Positions 11,084 to 22,100 of a DNA stretch of 64,000 nt are shown in pieces. Every line of letters begins with the position of its first letter. Positions within the stretch are counted from its first letter, which is position 1. Below the pieces are notes generated by a model that searched no databases, was not told where the DNA came from, and worked only from the letters and a program-made list of their open reading frames with translations. The translations under genes were made by a program, and so were the position numbers. The stretch is from positions 4,496-68,495 of IMG/VR virus record IMGVR_UViG_3300031857_000124; one strand, given 5' to 3'. The stretch comes from a virus.

Positions 11084-11676
11084 TAACGAAGCGCCAAGCC
11101 ATAGAGTTAGTTCAGCACAGACTCACGGGCGGAGATATCCCCGAGGATGTTCGCAGGCTGTATCCTAGATCAATAATAGCAAGGATCATAAACTTTGCCC
11201 TTTCTGATATTGTGACCAGGGATCCGTATGCGGCATCAGACATGGCTGTTCCGTATTCTTTTGACGTGAAGTCTGATGAGAGGGGGTACTACGTGGAGAT
11301 GAATCCACAGCCCATGTCGGGTAGCTTTTCTATCTACACGGTTGAGGACCAGTCTGAGGCGGCAAGTGAATACCTTGTTCAAACGAAGGCGGAGTCATCG
11401 GCAATGAAGGTGTTAAGGGGGGCCAATAAAAGTGCTGCAGTTCTTTACAAGAACCTGCTCAGGTTCAACAAGAAGCCAACTGGTTCGGTTACGATCACTA
11501 TGATCCCTAATATATATCAGATGGAAGACGACGATATACTTGTTATTCCATCGGATGTGAATGGAGCTGGTGAGCTTGCCTTCTTTCAAATGTGCTTGCA
11601 GGCGCTTTCAAGCCAAGGGTTCCAGGATGACCTTAACAACAACTCTATAGACATTCAAGCGTTATCAAAGGGTTGA
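11080..11676 (+). CDS. Putative tail ring protein
   Basis: Translationally coupled ORF in the ring-protein cluster. Confidence 0.5.
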   Translation: MITKRQAIELVQHRLTGGDIPEDVRRLYPRSIIARIINFALSDIVTRDPYAASDMAVPYSFDVKSDERGYYVEMNPQPMSGSFSIYTVEDQSEAASEYLVQTKAESSAMKVLRGANKSAAVLYKNLLRFNKKPTGSVTITMIPNIYQMEDDDILVIPSDVNGAGELAFFQMCLQALSSQGFQDDLNNNSIDIQALSKG

Positions 11677-11694
11677 TAAAACTACACTTAGTCG

Positions 11695-12426
11695 ATGACA
11701 ATAAAGGATATAAAATACATTGCAACATCAGCCCTGTACAGGCTTGGCAAGAATCCTACTGGTCGTGATTTGAACTGGATGATTCAGGTTGCCATAGACT
11801 ACATGAGTGAAAAATCGCCGCTTGACGGGTCTGTGAGCCTAAAAACGGTTTATGCAAAGATTGATACAGGGGCGAGGGTGTACACGCTCCCGCCAGACTG
11901 TATGCGCATCTCTAAGATAGGGCTCAAGTCTGGAAGGAGGATATGGACCCTGACGCCGGACACGTCACTGACATTCCCTGAGCCTGTGTTTACGTGCGAA
12001 AGCGACGCCACTGACCCCGTGATCATAGACGGCTACTATCCGTCGGGTTATTTTGGGTATTTTTACGGGTATCCAAACTACACAACTGGCGGGGGGAGGA
12101 ATGAGAACTACTACAGGATTGATGGTAGGAACATTGTTTTTGACCACAACATACCCGATGGGCAGCTTGTTATTGAGTACTTTTCAAACGGCTCAAGCAT
12201 TGATGAGAGGACATTGATTGATGCGGCATACGCTGAACCGTTTAGGCTTTATCTAATGAGTGAGTACTGTTTCCACAGGGGTAGTGCGGGTGATATGGCT
12301 AAGTACAAAGAGCTGCAAATGCAGTACGAGGCCGCCCAATGGAGTGCCAACCTTTTGGTGAAGGCTCCCAGGTTGTATGAAATGATTGACGCTTTGGCGC
12401 AGAGTTCAGAACTTAATCTTGGATAA
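11695..12426 (+). CDS. Putative tail tubular/ring protein
   Basis: YTLPPDC and LVIEY motifs typical of tail tubular/adaptor proteins. Confidence 0.6.
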   Translation: MTIKDIKYIATSALYRLGKNPTGRDLNWMIQVAIDYMSEKSPLDGSVSLKTVYAKIDTGARVYTLPPDCMRISKIGLKSGRRIWTLTPDTSLTFPEPVFTCESDATDPVIIDGYYPSGYFGYFYGYPNYTTGGGRNENYYRIDGRNIVFDHNIPDGQLVIEYFSNGSSIDERTLIDAAYAEPFRLYLMSEYCFHRGSAGDMAKYKELQMQYEAAQWSANLLVKAPRLYEMIDALAQSSELNLG

Positions 12427-15400
12427 TGGATTTCAACGAAGAAATAATCTTTGCTGGGGGCATCAACACTGACGATGATCCACGATCAATCCCTAAGGGG
12501 GATTACCGCGACATGAGTTACTGCAGGCTTGGTCCGGTGACTGGTGAGGGAGTTGCTGTCATTACCTCGTGGGGCACGGTTAACATCTCCAACCCAGAGC
12601 TTGAGAGTAGGGATGTTGTTATAGGTGCCACTATATGGGAGAGAAATGGTGGAAATTCAAGGTCTATAGTTTACTTCGTGTGTGCCTACGATGGGGACCA
12701 CGAGGTGTGGGTTTACGACATAAATTCGGAGGCACACTCGCTTGCTCTGCAAAGCCCTGAGCTGAACTTCTCTGTTAACTTCCCTGTTTTCCATGCAAAT
12801 ACGTTCGACGACATACTGAAGTTTACAGACGGCAGGTGGGATGATCAGATGTATGTTGATGGGGATCGGGTCTTTAATCCTCCGTACCAAATTAACTTGG
12901 AAAAGGCGTTGTCAGGGTTTTATACTGGCGTAACGCTTAGGACGATTGATGCAATTAAATGGCCTCCGAACCCGCCCTATACGCAGTACATTACCGATGT
13001 AGACAGGAACGACAACAAGATATCTAAGAAGCTTTTCAAGTTCTGCATTCAGTACATTTACGAGAACAACGAGGTTAGTTCATGGTCGATGTACAGTAAC
13101 CTGCCGTTGCCTGACCAGTCGGAGTTCGTTACAGGGTCAAACTGGCTTCGTACTAACTACGATAACGGGATTGCTATTACATTCGAAACAGGCCCCAAAG
13201 AGATTATAGGCTTTAACATAGCTGTTCAGCAGTTTGACGAAAGCACCGGTGGCGCCGAGGGGCCGTTTTCTGTTTTTGCTGAATTCAATAAGGAGAGGGA
13301 TGGGATTTCAGACAACGAGAATTACACGGTCAATTTCTACGGAAACGTATCCACCAAAGTTGCCGTTGATTTCCAGAAAAATTATGACCGCCTTCCTATT
13401 TCGGCTCGTTGCCAAGAGTACCTTCCGACGAGTCAGGTAGCGTATATAAATTTCAGAGAGGGTTTCGATAAGATCGCAATTGATTCTCAGTCCGATTATA
13501 TCATCAGGGAGGTTCAGTGGTCTGCGTTTGCGAATGTTTGGTTTACGGCTAGATGGGACGGCCCCGGTGGTGGGAACCTGGATACCGGCGTCGATGCGTG
13601 GAATGTCACGACCGAATTCCCCTACAGCGCAGGCATGGTCATAACACTCAACGGGCCGACGAGCATCCCTATTCTTCTGAGCTACATTGTGACTCAGCAG
13701 GACATTGATGCAGCACTCGCTCTCCCGACGATTACCGATCGGAATGAGTACATGATTCAGTTGATCGGCGACTCGTTCATGGCTTCTCTTGGTCAGCCCG
13801 CCGGGACGGTATCTCTTGTTGGAACTATTTTCAGATACTCTTTCACCCCGATCGCGAGCGACATCAACACGACTCAAAGCAAGCTGACCCGCCTCAATGA
13901 CGCCCGGACATCCCTAAAGTCTGGTGCCACTCACCAGTTTGGGATAGTTTACGGGGACAGGGCTTTCAGGGACGGCACCGTTTATACTTCGGATCAGATG
14001 AATCTGTTTGTTCCGTTCTTTTACGACATCGACAGATCGTCTTTGTCCAAAGAATGGAACCCTTTTACTATTAATCCGAAAATCACCATCGGGCATGCAC
14101 CTCCGGTCTGGGCCGACAGGTACTGGATTGTAGCGAAGCCGGCTACCGAGATATTGAGTTTTGGTCAGTACATGGTTTCGGTTGAAAACATATACGCAAA
14201 CAGTGCTATAGTTTTAGATTCTGCAAGTCAAGACACTCGTTACAAGATAACGCTTGACAACAAGTACACTAACGTTTATAACATTGGGGCGACCATAAAT
14301 CACGTTCCTCAGAAGGGTGATAAGCTAAGGTTTGTTAGAAGACGTTCCCCAGAGAGTTGGGATAACTTCAGTAACACCCTTGGCGGGTATGCGGAGTATG
14401 TTGAGGTGGATGTTTTGGATTACCTTCCCACTGACGGGGAGGGCGGAAGGCCAGTTGTTTATACTAGCCTGTTTAACATAAACCTGATTGAGAACTTTGA
14501 CAGTATCGATAACCCGGGCGGATACATTGTTGAGATATACACTCCTCGTCCGTTTGTTGACGATGACGGAGGCCTGTTTATTTCGGCTTGGAAGGACGTG
14601 ACCGGTTCTATATCGGTTATTGACGCGCATACTCCAGACAGGAGACATGGTGCGCCATACGATTACACCGCTCAGTGCGTCGAGATAGCTCCTTTCAGCT
14701 ACATATTTTCCATGACCAGTGATCGCACTAATTTGGTCGGGCAGTCCTTTAATCTCGTTCTTTATTACAACGACGGATCTGTCGAAACAGTTAATTCCGA
14801 AGAGATTATCGATGCTGAATACCGCGTAGAGGACAATATAACCTACATCACGTTTCTTAATCAGGATCCTCTCGATACCATTTCCTACATAACGCTGTCT
14901 TATAGCTCTTCTCAACAGGTGGGTGTTATTGCTTCTCCGGCCTACATCTACCCGTCATACGGAGACGTATACCTCAGGATGAGAAATTTTTGCACGGGGT
15001 ATGCAGGCGGGGCGGGGATGTACTACTACTACATCGAGGACCCGCATTATTCCGACTACTGGCTGAGTGATGTTCACAATACCGGAAGAACAAGAATCGA
15101 ATCTCCGACATTTAAGATGACGCACCGTAAGGCTGACGCCATCCACTCGAATCCTTACGGCGGCCCGAACAGCACTATTAACGGGACGTCGACCTTTGTG
15201 CTTGACAACTCGAACATCATTCAGATGAACCCCTTTCACGGGGAGGTGACTCGAGCAATTATGGCTGGCAGGGAGGGTAAGACTCTGAAGTGCCTTCAGC
15301 CGTTTAAAGAGAACTCGGTGTACATTCAGTTCTACCCCAACGAGGTTGGATCGGATAGCTCTGTGAGGGTAAGCAAGGCCACGTTCGCTTCTTGGTTTGA

Positions 15401-16736
15401 CTACAAGTCAAGGTTTGGAACCACGGCCCCTGGCTCTGTTGCGCTGCTCCCAAACGGCTCTATAGCGTACTTTGACCCGAACTCTGGGGTGTTTATCCTG
15501 TCTGACACCAACGGTCAGAACGTGATCAGTGAGATAGACCCTGCAAGCGGAAACGACTTTAAGTTCAAAACCGAGACCAAGCGGATTGCTACAGAGTACT
15601 CAAAAACGTCTGCATCTGACTGCCGTTCGTACGTGAACGAGCTTATGGGGGAGGTGGGATTTGCTTTTAAGCTGGTGAAGGACGACTCTGATTATTCTGG
15701 CGACATAGTGTTCGCCAACGAGGGCGCTTCGGTTTTCCTTGCCTCTGGAACATATGCTGAACTCGCCGGGTTTGTTGGTCGCCAAATAACGTTTTACATA
15801 CCAGTAGACGATCCTTTGGCTCCGCTTGTGACATTCACCACGTACATAGAGTTCGTCGAGGAGCCGGGCCTTATCGCACTGGGTATCGCAATATACATTC
15901 GGGATCAATTCCCTGTAGGGAACAATGTTGGTCAGGCAACGTATTACATTCACCCGGAAACAGAGGTGAAGCACGTTGTTTTCGATTACTTAAAAATGAG
16001 GTGGAGATCAACATACTACTACCCGTTCATGCACTTTGTCAACTACGGACAGCTTCTGTTTGGGTGGGGGGACGAGTCGGAATTCTTTAAACACAATCAG
16101 AGGGATTCTTTCACGTTCCACGATACCGAGTTTATTCAAAAGATAGCGTTTGTCTCCAACGAAGACCCGCTAAATGTAAAGAGGTATCAAAACTTTACTC
16201 AGCGCTCATCAAAGCCGTTTTTGGTTGAGGCAAGTTCAGAACCAAACCTCAGCTACACTAGCGGAATGTACACCTCCGTCCCAACATCAGAGATGGGGGT
16301 TTATGAGGGGTATGTAAGGGGTTACTACAAGAAGAACTTGTACGACCCCAAGTTTTTGAATTCAGCAGTCCCATCAACGTCTTTTGTTGGTATCGATCCC
16401 GACACGGGGGACCTCATCACGGGGTGGAATGTTGATGGTGATTACACGGGATTGCTTGGTGTGAATGTGGTGGTTGTTCAGGTTAACGGCAACTTTTTAG
16501 GGACGGTAACGTCTGCCGTTTACAACAGCATTACAAACACAACGTTTATAGAGACTAGCTACGGGAACCCTGTAGAAACAGGGGTTTCAGGGTACTTGTA
16601 CTCCGCCGATAAGGCCATGGCTGCTGGTGAAGACATGAGGTCGTACTACCTTACCCACGTGTTGAGTTATGACCCACTTTCAAACCAGAGCGGGGCACAA
16701 ATATTCAATGTTGGAATTAAGGGGATACTTTCATAA
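12426..16736 (+). CDS. Tail muzzle/nozzle (stabilisation) protein
   Basis: 1436 aa, N-terminal FAGGINTDDDPR..PKGDYR motif, beta-rich, follows the ring genes. Confidence 0.75.
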   Translation: MDFNEEIIFAGGINTDDDPRSIPKGDYRDMSYCRLGPVTGEGVAVITSWGTVNISNPELESRDVVIGATIWERNGGNSRSIVYFVCAYDGDHEVWVYDINSEAHSLALQSPELNFSVNFPVFHANTFDDILKFTDGRWDDQMYVDGDRVFNPPYQINLEKALSGFYTGVTLRTIDAIKWPPNPPYTQYITDVDRNDNKISKKLFKFCIQYIYENNEVSSWSMYSNLPLPDQSEFVTGSNWLRTNYDNGIAITFETGPKEIIGFNIAVQQFDESTGGAEGPFSVFAEFNKERDGISDNENYTVNFYGNVSTKVAVDFQKNYDRLPISARCQEYLPTSQVAYINFREGFDKIAIDSQSDYIIREVQWSAFANVWFTARWDGPGGGNLDTGVDAWNVTTEFPYSAGMVITLNGPTSIPILLSYIVTQQDIDAALALPTITDRNEYMIQLIGDSFMASLGQPAGTVSLVGTIFRYSFTPIASDINTTQSKLTRLNDARTSLKSGATHQFGIVYGDRAFRDGTVYTSDQMNLFVPFFYDIDRSSLSKEWNPFTINPKITIGHAPPVWADRYWIVAKPATEILSFGQYMVSVENIYANSAIVLDSASQDTRYKITLDNKYTNVYNIGATINHVPQKGDKLRFVRRRSPESWDNFSNTLGGYAEYVEVDVLDYLPTDGEGGRPVVYTSLFNINLIENFDSIDNPGGYIVEIYTPRPFVDDDGGLFISAWKDVTGSISVIDAHTPDRRHGAPYDYTAQCVEIAPFSYIFSMTSDRTNLVGQSFNLVLYYNDGSVETVNSEEIIDAEYRVEDNITYITFLNQDPLDTISYITLSYSSSQQVGVIASPAYIYPSYGDVYLRMRNFCTGYAGGAGMYYYYIEDPHYSDYWLSDVHNTGRTRIESPTFKMTHRKADAIHSNPYGGPNSTINGTSTFVLDNSNIIQMNPFHGEVTRAIMAGREGKTLKCLQPFKENSVYIQFYPNEVGSDSSVRVSKATFASWFDYKSRFGTTAPGSVALLPNGSIAYFDPNSGVFILSDTNGQNVISEIDPASGNDFKFKTETKRIATEYSKTSASDCRSYVNELMGEVGFAFKLVKDDSDYSGDIVFANEGASVFLASGTYAELAGFVGRQITFYIPVDDPLAPLVTFTTYIEFVEEPGLIALGIAIYIRDQFPVGNNVGQATYYIHPETEVKHVVFDYLKMRWRSTYYYPFMHFVNYGQLLFGWGDESEFFKHNQRDSFTFHDTEFIQKIAFVSNEDPLNVKRYQNFTQRSSKPFLVEASSEPNLSYTSGMYTSVPTSEMGVYEGYVRGYYKKNLYDPKFLNSAVPSTSFVGIDPDTGDLITGWNVDGDYTGLLGVNVVVVQVNGNFLGTVTSAVYNSITNTTFIETSYGNPVETGVSGYLYSADKAMAAGEDMRSYYLTHVLSYDPLSNQSGAQIFNVGIKGILS

Positions 16737-16747
16737 ATTTGCCTACG

Positions 16748-17182
16748 ATGAAGAGTAGCGTCAAAATAAGGTCTATTCTTGCCGCTTTTAAGGGGGACAA
16801 GGAGATAGAGCTTTATTGCGACCCAAGTAACCCTGATAAAACGGATTCAGGAGTGGCTGTAGACACCTACAAGAAAATTATGGATTGGGAGTCTGTTAGC
16901 GAGGACGGGGTTTTTAAAGACGTGGTTGTTGACGATAGAGTTGTTGGATTCATTTACACCATACCGGGGAGACTCGTGAGTTTTGGTGTAAACCCAAACT
17001 ACAGGGTAAAGACTGTTCTCAAGCAGGTGTTTGAGTCCGTTGTTGATACCGTTGGCCCCGAGTTTGAGTGCTCGATGTGGTCTCGTAACGAAAGGGGTAT
17101 AAAGTGGCTGCAGCGCTGTGGGATGAGTGTAGTTTACTCTGATGAAGAAATAACAAATTTAATCTACAAGGAATGCCGATAA
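16748..17182 (+). CDS. GNAT-fold protein
   Basis: VNPNYR...NERGIKWLQRCG motif. Sits between nozzle and ejection proteins as in podoviruses. Confidence 0.65.
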   Translation: MKSSVKIRSILAAFKGDKEIELYCDPSNPDKTDSGVAVDTYKKIMDWESVSEDGVFKDVVVDDRVVGFIYTIPGRLVSFGVNPNYRVKTVLKQVFESVVDTVGPEFECSMWSRNERGIKWLQRCGMSVVYSDEEITNLIYKECR

Positions 17183-17841
17183 CAGCAAGTATTATAGCAG
17201 GGGGCATTGCAGCGGGTAAGGGGATTCAGTCCCTTATTCGTGCGAACCGTGCCAAGAAGGAGATAGAGGGCCTACAGAAGGGGCTCAAGGACCCCCGTTT
17301 TGAGATGCCTAAAGAGATGATGCAGGCCTACGATGCTGCAAAGGCAATGCCTGTTTCAAGGAATATGCCGGGCTACGGCGCCATGCAGAACCTTATGGGG
17401 GTTCAGCAGGCCTCCGCCCTTGGGGATATTTCTAAGTACGGTACGGGTCTTGATGCCGTTGCCGCCCTTACAAACCTCGGGACTCAGGGTATGGCTCAGC
17501 AGCAGCAGATTGGTATTGAGAATGCGCAGAACTATCAATCCCAATTAGAGAACAGGCGGGCGAATATGGCGAATATGGCCTCTCAACTCGGCGAGTACAG
17601 GCAGATGGAGTACGAGCAAAACGTCTTGAACCCCTTCTTGAGAACCAGTGCAGCTATTTCTGCGTTAAGACAAAAGAGGTATCAGGAGTCGAACTTGGCT
17701 TTCGATGCTTTTGCGAATGTCGCAAGGGCTGGGGGCGGCATGATGGGGGGAATCGGGGGCAAAACCACGACAACTACGGGGAATACAGGCGAATTTGGTG
17801 AAACAGGAATAGATACAATTGAACCAATGCTTTACGGATAA
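17173..17841 (+). CDS. Putative ejection/internal virion protein
   Basis: Gly/Ala hydrophobic N-terminus, Q/A-rich helical body. Confidence 0.65.
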   Translation: MPITASIIAGGIAAGKGIQSLIRANRAKKEIEGLQKGLKDPRFEMPKEMMQAYDAAKAMPVSRNMPGYGAMQNLMGVQQASALGDISKYGTGLDAVAALTNLGTQGMAQQQQIGIENAQNYQSQLENRRANMANMASQLGEYRQMEYEQNVLNPFLRTSAAISALRQKRYQESNLAFDAFANVARAGGGMMGGIGGKTTTTTGNTGEFGETGIDTIEPMLYG

Positions 17842-19076
17842 TGGCAGTACCAAGTGCAGCAATAGTATACACAGGCGAGTCTGGTCAAATGGATGGATCA
17901 GGCAAAGGGGCTGCGTTCTTTGAACGTGGGGAGGCCTTAAACATAGCCGAGTCGGAGCTTGAAAGGGCTCGTGAATTAGCCAAGGAGGAGGAGGATAACA
18001 AGAAGGAGGCTAAGAGGCAGTGGCTCGACACAATACTTGCCCCCGAAGACCTTTGGCATGATGGGGAGGAGGAGGAGCTCAATGGTCTTATCTCTCAGTA
18101 CGACGACCTCGTTACGGGTTACATCAACTCTGGAACGGCGATGGAAGACCTTACCCCCGACCAAATAAAGGAGAAGAAGGCCCTTGAGAGGAAGATAGAA
18201 ACCGCCCGTAAGCAGTCCGAGCAAAACAGGGCCTTCTACGACAATATTATGGGTCAGTACCAAAAGGATCCTGAGGGGTTGGTTTACGATAAGGAAAAGG
18301 CCCTTGCCCAGATTGAAGCATTTAAGAGTGCCGGTACAATAGAGGAGAGGAATAGACTTGCTAGACAGGGTGCCGAACTACCTAAGGTTTATGACTTGAC
18401 GGGAGTGGTTGATGAGATTGCCAAGACGGTTCCGGAAACTGATCTGCCCAAGAACATGGTGGGTAAGGATAGAACCGCATTCGAGTCAAGACTCGACGCG
18501 TACCTGCTGAAGAGCCCTGAGGGTAAGGCTGTAGCAAATCAAATGGGGGGTTACGAGGACGCAAAAGAAGAAATCCTTAAGCAGTTTGACCAGTACTACA
18601 AGCCCAAAAAGAAGGAGGTTAAGTACACGGGGGGAGTAACAAGTAGGAAAGAGGAAAAGCCAGACTTTTCTTTTGACTTTAATGCGGGTCAGGGACAGTA
18701 CAAGGGGGTTAACTTCAGGGCTGCTCACACACCAAACCAGCCGGATCAAACAGATCTTTTTTACACGTCTGGATACAACACGATTGCCCTTGATCCTAAA
18801 ACCGTTGATTTGTATGACAGCGATGGTAACTTAAGAAGAGTAAGCGTTAAAGAGGTTTATCAAGGGCCGAACGGGACTGTAATTCGTGGTGTGGTTGATA
18901 CAGGAAGAGGCTATGTTGAATCGGTTTGGATTGACTACTCAGATGTAAGGAATAGGAACGCGTTTTTAGGGGAGTACGGGGCTGATGCAAATGACATATT
19001 TAACAATATTCGCGGGGGTGGCAGCGCTAATCAAAGCACGGACAACTCAGGCGTTACCTGGTTGAAACCCGATTAA
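17841..19076 (+). CDS. Putative ejection/internal virion protein
   Basis: Helical charged protein in the ejection-protein position. Confidence 0.55.
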   Translation: MAVPSAAIVYTGESGQMDGSGKGAAFFERGEALNIAESELERARELAKEEEDNKKEAKRQWLDTILAPEDLWHDGEEEELNGLISQYDDLVTGYINSGTAMEDLTPDQIKEKKALERKIETARKQSEQNRAFYDNIMGQYQKDPEGLVYDKEKALAQIEAFKSAGTIEERNRLARQGAELPKVYDLTGVVDEIAKTVPETDLPKNMVGKDRTAFESRLDAYLLKSPEGKAVANQMGGYEDAKEEILKQFDQYYKPKKKEVKYTGGVTSRKEEKPDFSFDFNAGQGQYKGVNFRAAHTPNQPDQTDLFYTSGYNTIALDPKTVDLYDSDGNLRRVSVKEVYQGPNGTVIRGVVDTGRGYVESVWIDYSDVRNRNAFLGEYGADANDIFNNIRGGGSANQSTDNSGVTWLKPD

Positions 19077-19129
19077 GCACATGGCAAAGAATAAAGTGCA
19101 GTAACAACAATTACAAGACAAAAATATAA

Positions 19130-22100
19130 ATGGCAATACCAGTAAGCAAGAAGTATTACGAATATCTGAAGTCGAAAAACCTTGACGTACCACCAACGTA
19201 CGAATCGTTTCAGAAAACACTTTCCAATCAGGAGAGTGCAAGGAAATATTTTTCATACCTTCAGTCCAAAAAATCTCAGGGAATAGATGTCCCCGAATCG
19301 TTTGAATCGTTTTACAAAACGCTTTCGCTAAAGGGGGCGCAACCGGAAGATGGCGCGGCTTCTGGGCAAGAATCAAACGCGCCACAAGGGCAGCAGCCAC
19401 AGCCTTCCGCTCCGAGTTTTGGGCAGGGCATTGTCGATAGGATGAAGCAGTCTCAAATTCAGGTTCCGCTTAAAACTGATTTGCAAAAGAAGCAAGAGAT
19501 AAAGCGTCCATTTGAAGACATAACCTACAAAAAAGAAGAACTGCCATCCGAGACAACTCAAGCGCTTGTCCCTGAGCAAACCTCCTTTGAAATAAGTCAA
19601 GCAAACAAGGCTCAGTCGCAAATTCGGCAGGGCAAACTGCCGTCGAATCCAAAGTACGTAAACGAGCAGGTTGTTCAAGAGGTTGAGGACATTAGAAAGG
19701 AGAAGGGTATGCCAACTCTTGAGGAATCAGCCAGAAGGACGATGAGAAGGGCGGAGTTAAGCGATGCTATTTCCCCATTTGAGGATGAGTTGAAGGACTA
19801 CATGGCCTATTCTGGGGATGATACGTTAACTGACGATGACTATACAATTGCATCCAATAAGGACATTGCTGATTTGTACCAAGAGTCAGAGGACCAGCCC
19901 GTTTCTACCATATTTCTCGAAACAACTGAGGAGGGCAAAAAGAACAGGGAAAAGAAGGATTTAGTTTTTAAAAACGTAATGGATTCTTATTGGAGGTACA
20001 TGTCCAAAAAGTATCCAGACGGGTATAGCTCCAACAAACAAAGGTACGACGAGATTAAAAAAAGAATATCGGATAAAGAGGGTGTTTCTAAGGGGGATGA
20101 GCAGTTTGTTTTATCTATAGAAGACAGGGCAAAGGGGCTGTTTAATGCCAAGAGGGCAGAACAGGCTATGGCTATTGAAAACAGGATTGTGGAGAACTCA
20201 AACCTTGTTGGCAGTGTAGATATTCAGAAGTACCAAGAACAAACAGGCGATATTTTTAAGCAGGCCGAGGTGTTGAACACTCAGTTGCAGAAGGGAGAAA
20301 TAGCCCGTGAGTTCTATGACTCTCAAATGGAGTCTTTAAAACAAAAAGAAAAAAGTATATCTACTCGACTTGGCATAACTGAAGATGTCAAGAAAAGGGT
20401 AAACCAACTTCAGCAGGACTATAACATCTATGGCAAGGTCTTGATGGGCATGTCGGCTTCTGGTCAGGCGTTTGCTGACGAGTTTGAGAAGTATTCGGGC
20501 ATAAAGGAGGAGTTTGAACAGAAGAAGCGCAATGAAGAAATTGCAAAGAAGTTTTGGTCAACGGATTTTGGGGTGATTGAAGCTCCTATGAAAACATGGG
20601 GGGCTGCGTATGAATTTATGAGGTCGGCAGGTGCTGCGGGAATGAGTATGGCCATATCTTCAGCGGCATCACTTGTTAGGATGGGGGCTCAAGTTGGGCC
20701 GGCAAAGTTTTTAACAAGCGATGACAAGTACGACATCTCGGACAGGCTGTTTGATAAAATTATGGGGCTTAACGCCAACCTTATAGCTGAATCGTTCGAG
20801 CCAGAGACTAACTCTGTTGTTCAGAAGCTGTCAAGCATGGCCGGTAGTGGTTTTGGATCGATGGCTATGTTTATGATGGGGGGAGAAGCTGCGGCAGCGG
20901 CAAAAGCCCCTGCTTGGCTTGGAACATTTATCCCCGGGTTTTTATCTGCTGAGGCGGACTACTATAATGAACTGATTCAAACGGGCAAGTACAGTTCGTC
21001 TGAAGCTTCTGTAGTGTCCTCTGCGTTGGCAATTCCGCAGGCCACAATAGAACTTGCTGTCCCAGATAATTTGTTTAAGACGCAGGCAAGGGCCTCTATT
21101 CGTCAGGCCATAAGGGGCAACGGCCCGCTTGGAAAGGCCGTGTTTGAATCGCTTGGGGCGTACACAAGGGATGCCTTTATTAAGGAGGGACTTCTTGAAG
21201 AAGGGGGTGCTTACATCCTTGATAACATATCGAAGCGGGCTGCTAACGCTATCGGTCAATCGAAGTACTTTGACACACAGTTTAATAACGAAGAATTTGT
21301 AAATAGCGTTCTTGGGGGAGCCATCGTAAAGGGTGGCGTTGACTTCATAAAGGGTCCTCAAAAGAAGTCCCAAACAAGGGAGTCTGTAGAGTATGAAATA
21401 GCTGAAAGGGGACAAAAAATAATTGATTCTCACACATCAGAGAGCACTGTGGGTCAGTTAAAAGAGACGCTCAAAAAGCCGATGGAGACTCTGGAGTCTT
21501 TAAGGGTTCACCCTAATTGGGATTCCCTTGATGACACGAAAAAGGCTCACGTCTTTTCGATCAGTCAAGACATCAAAACGCTTGAAGATTCAGACGTGCA
21601 GGATCCTGTAACCGAGGCTCAAATTCAAAGACTCAAAAGTGAAAGGGAGCAAATTTTAAACCTTGGCACAAACGGGATTGATGCAAGAACGGTGGGTGTT
21701 TCTACGGCCCCTCAACGAGTTATGGTGGATGGGCAACAGGCGAATTTCTTCATAAACGAAGATGGGGATTACGAGCTTGAGTACAACAACGGGAAAAGTG
21801 TTGTAATCGAGAAGGGCGAAGGCGCGGCTGAAAAAATTCGCTCAATGGGGATTAAGACAGACACTGGAGACGTTGGGGAGATGGTAAAAGAAAACCAGAA
21901 CACCCTCATCACTCCATCCCTTGAAAAGGGGGCAACAGTAGACTACAATGGTAAAAACGCTGTAGTCAATAGCTATAAAGAAAAGGGCGGCAAGGTTGTG
22001 TATCTTAATATAACAACTGAAGACGGCAAAAATCTTCAAATAAGAGATGGTGCACAGGGTCCTGGGCAACAGCTGTTGAATAATCTAAACAATCTCCCTT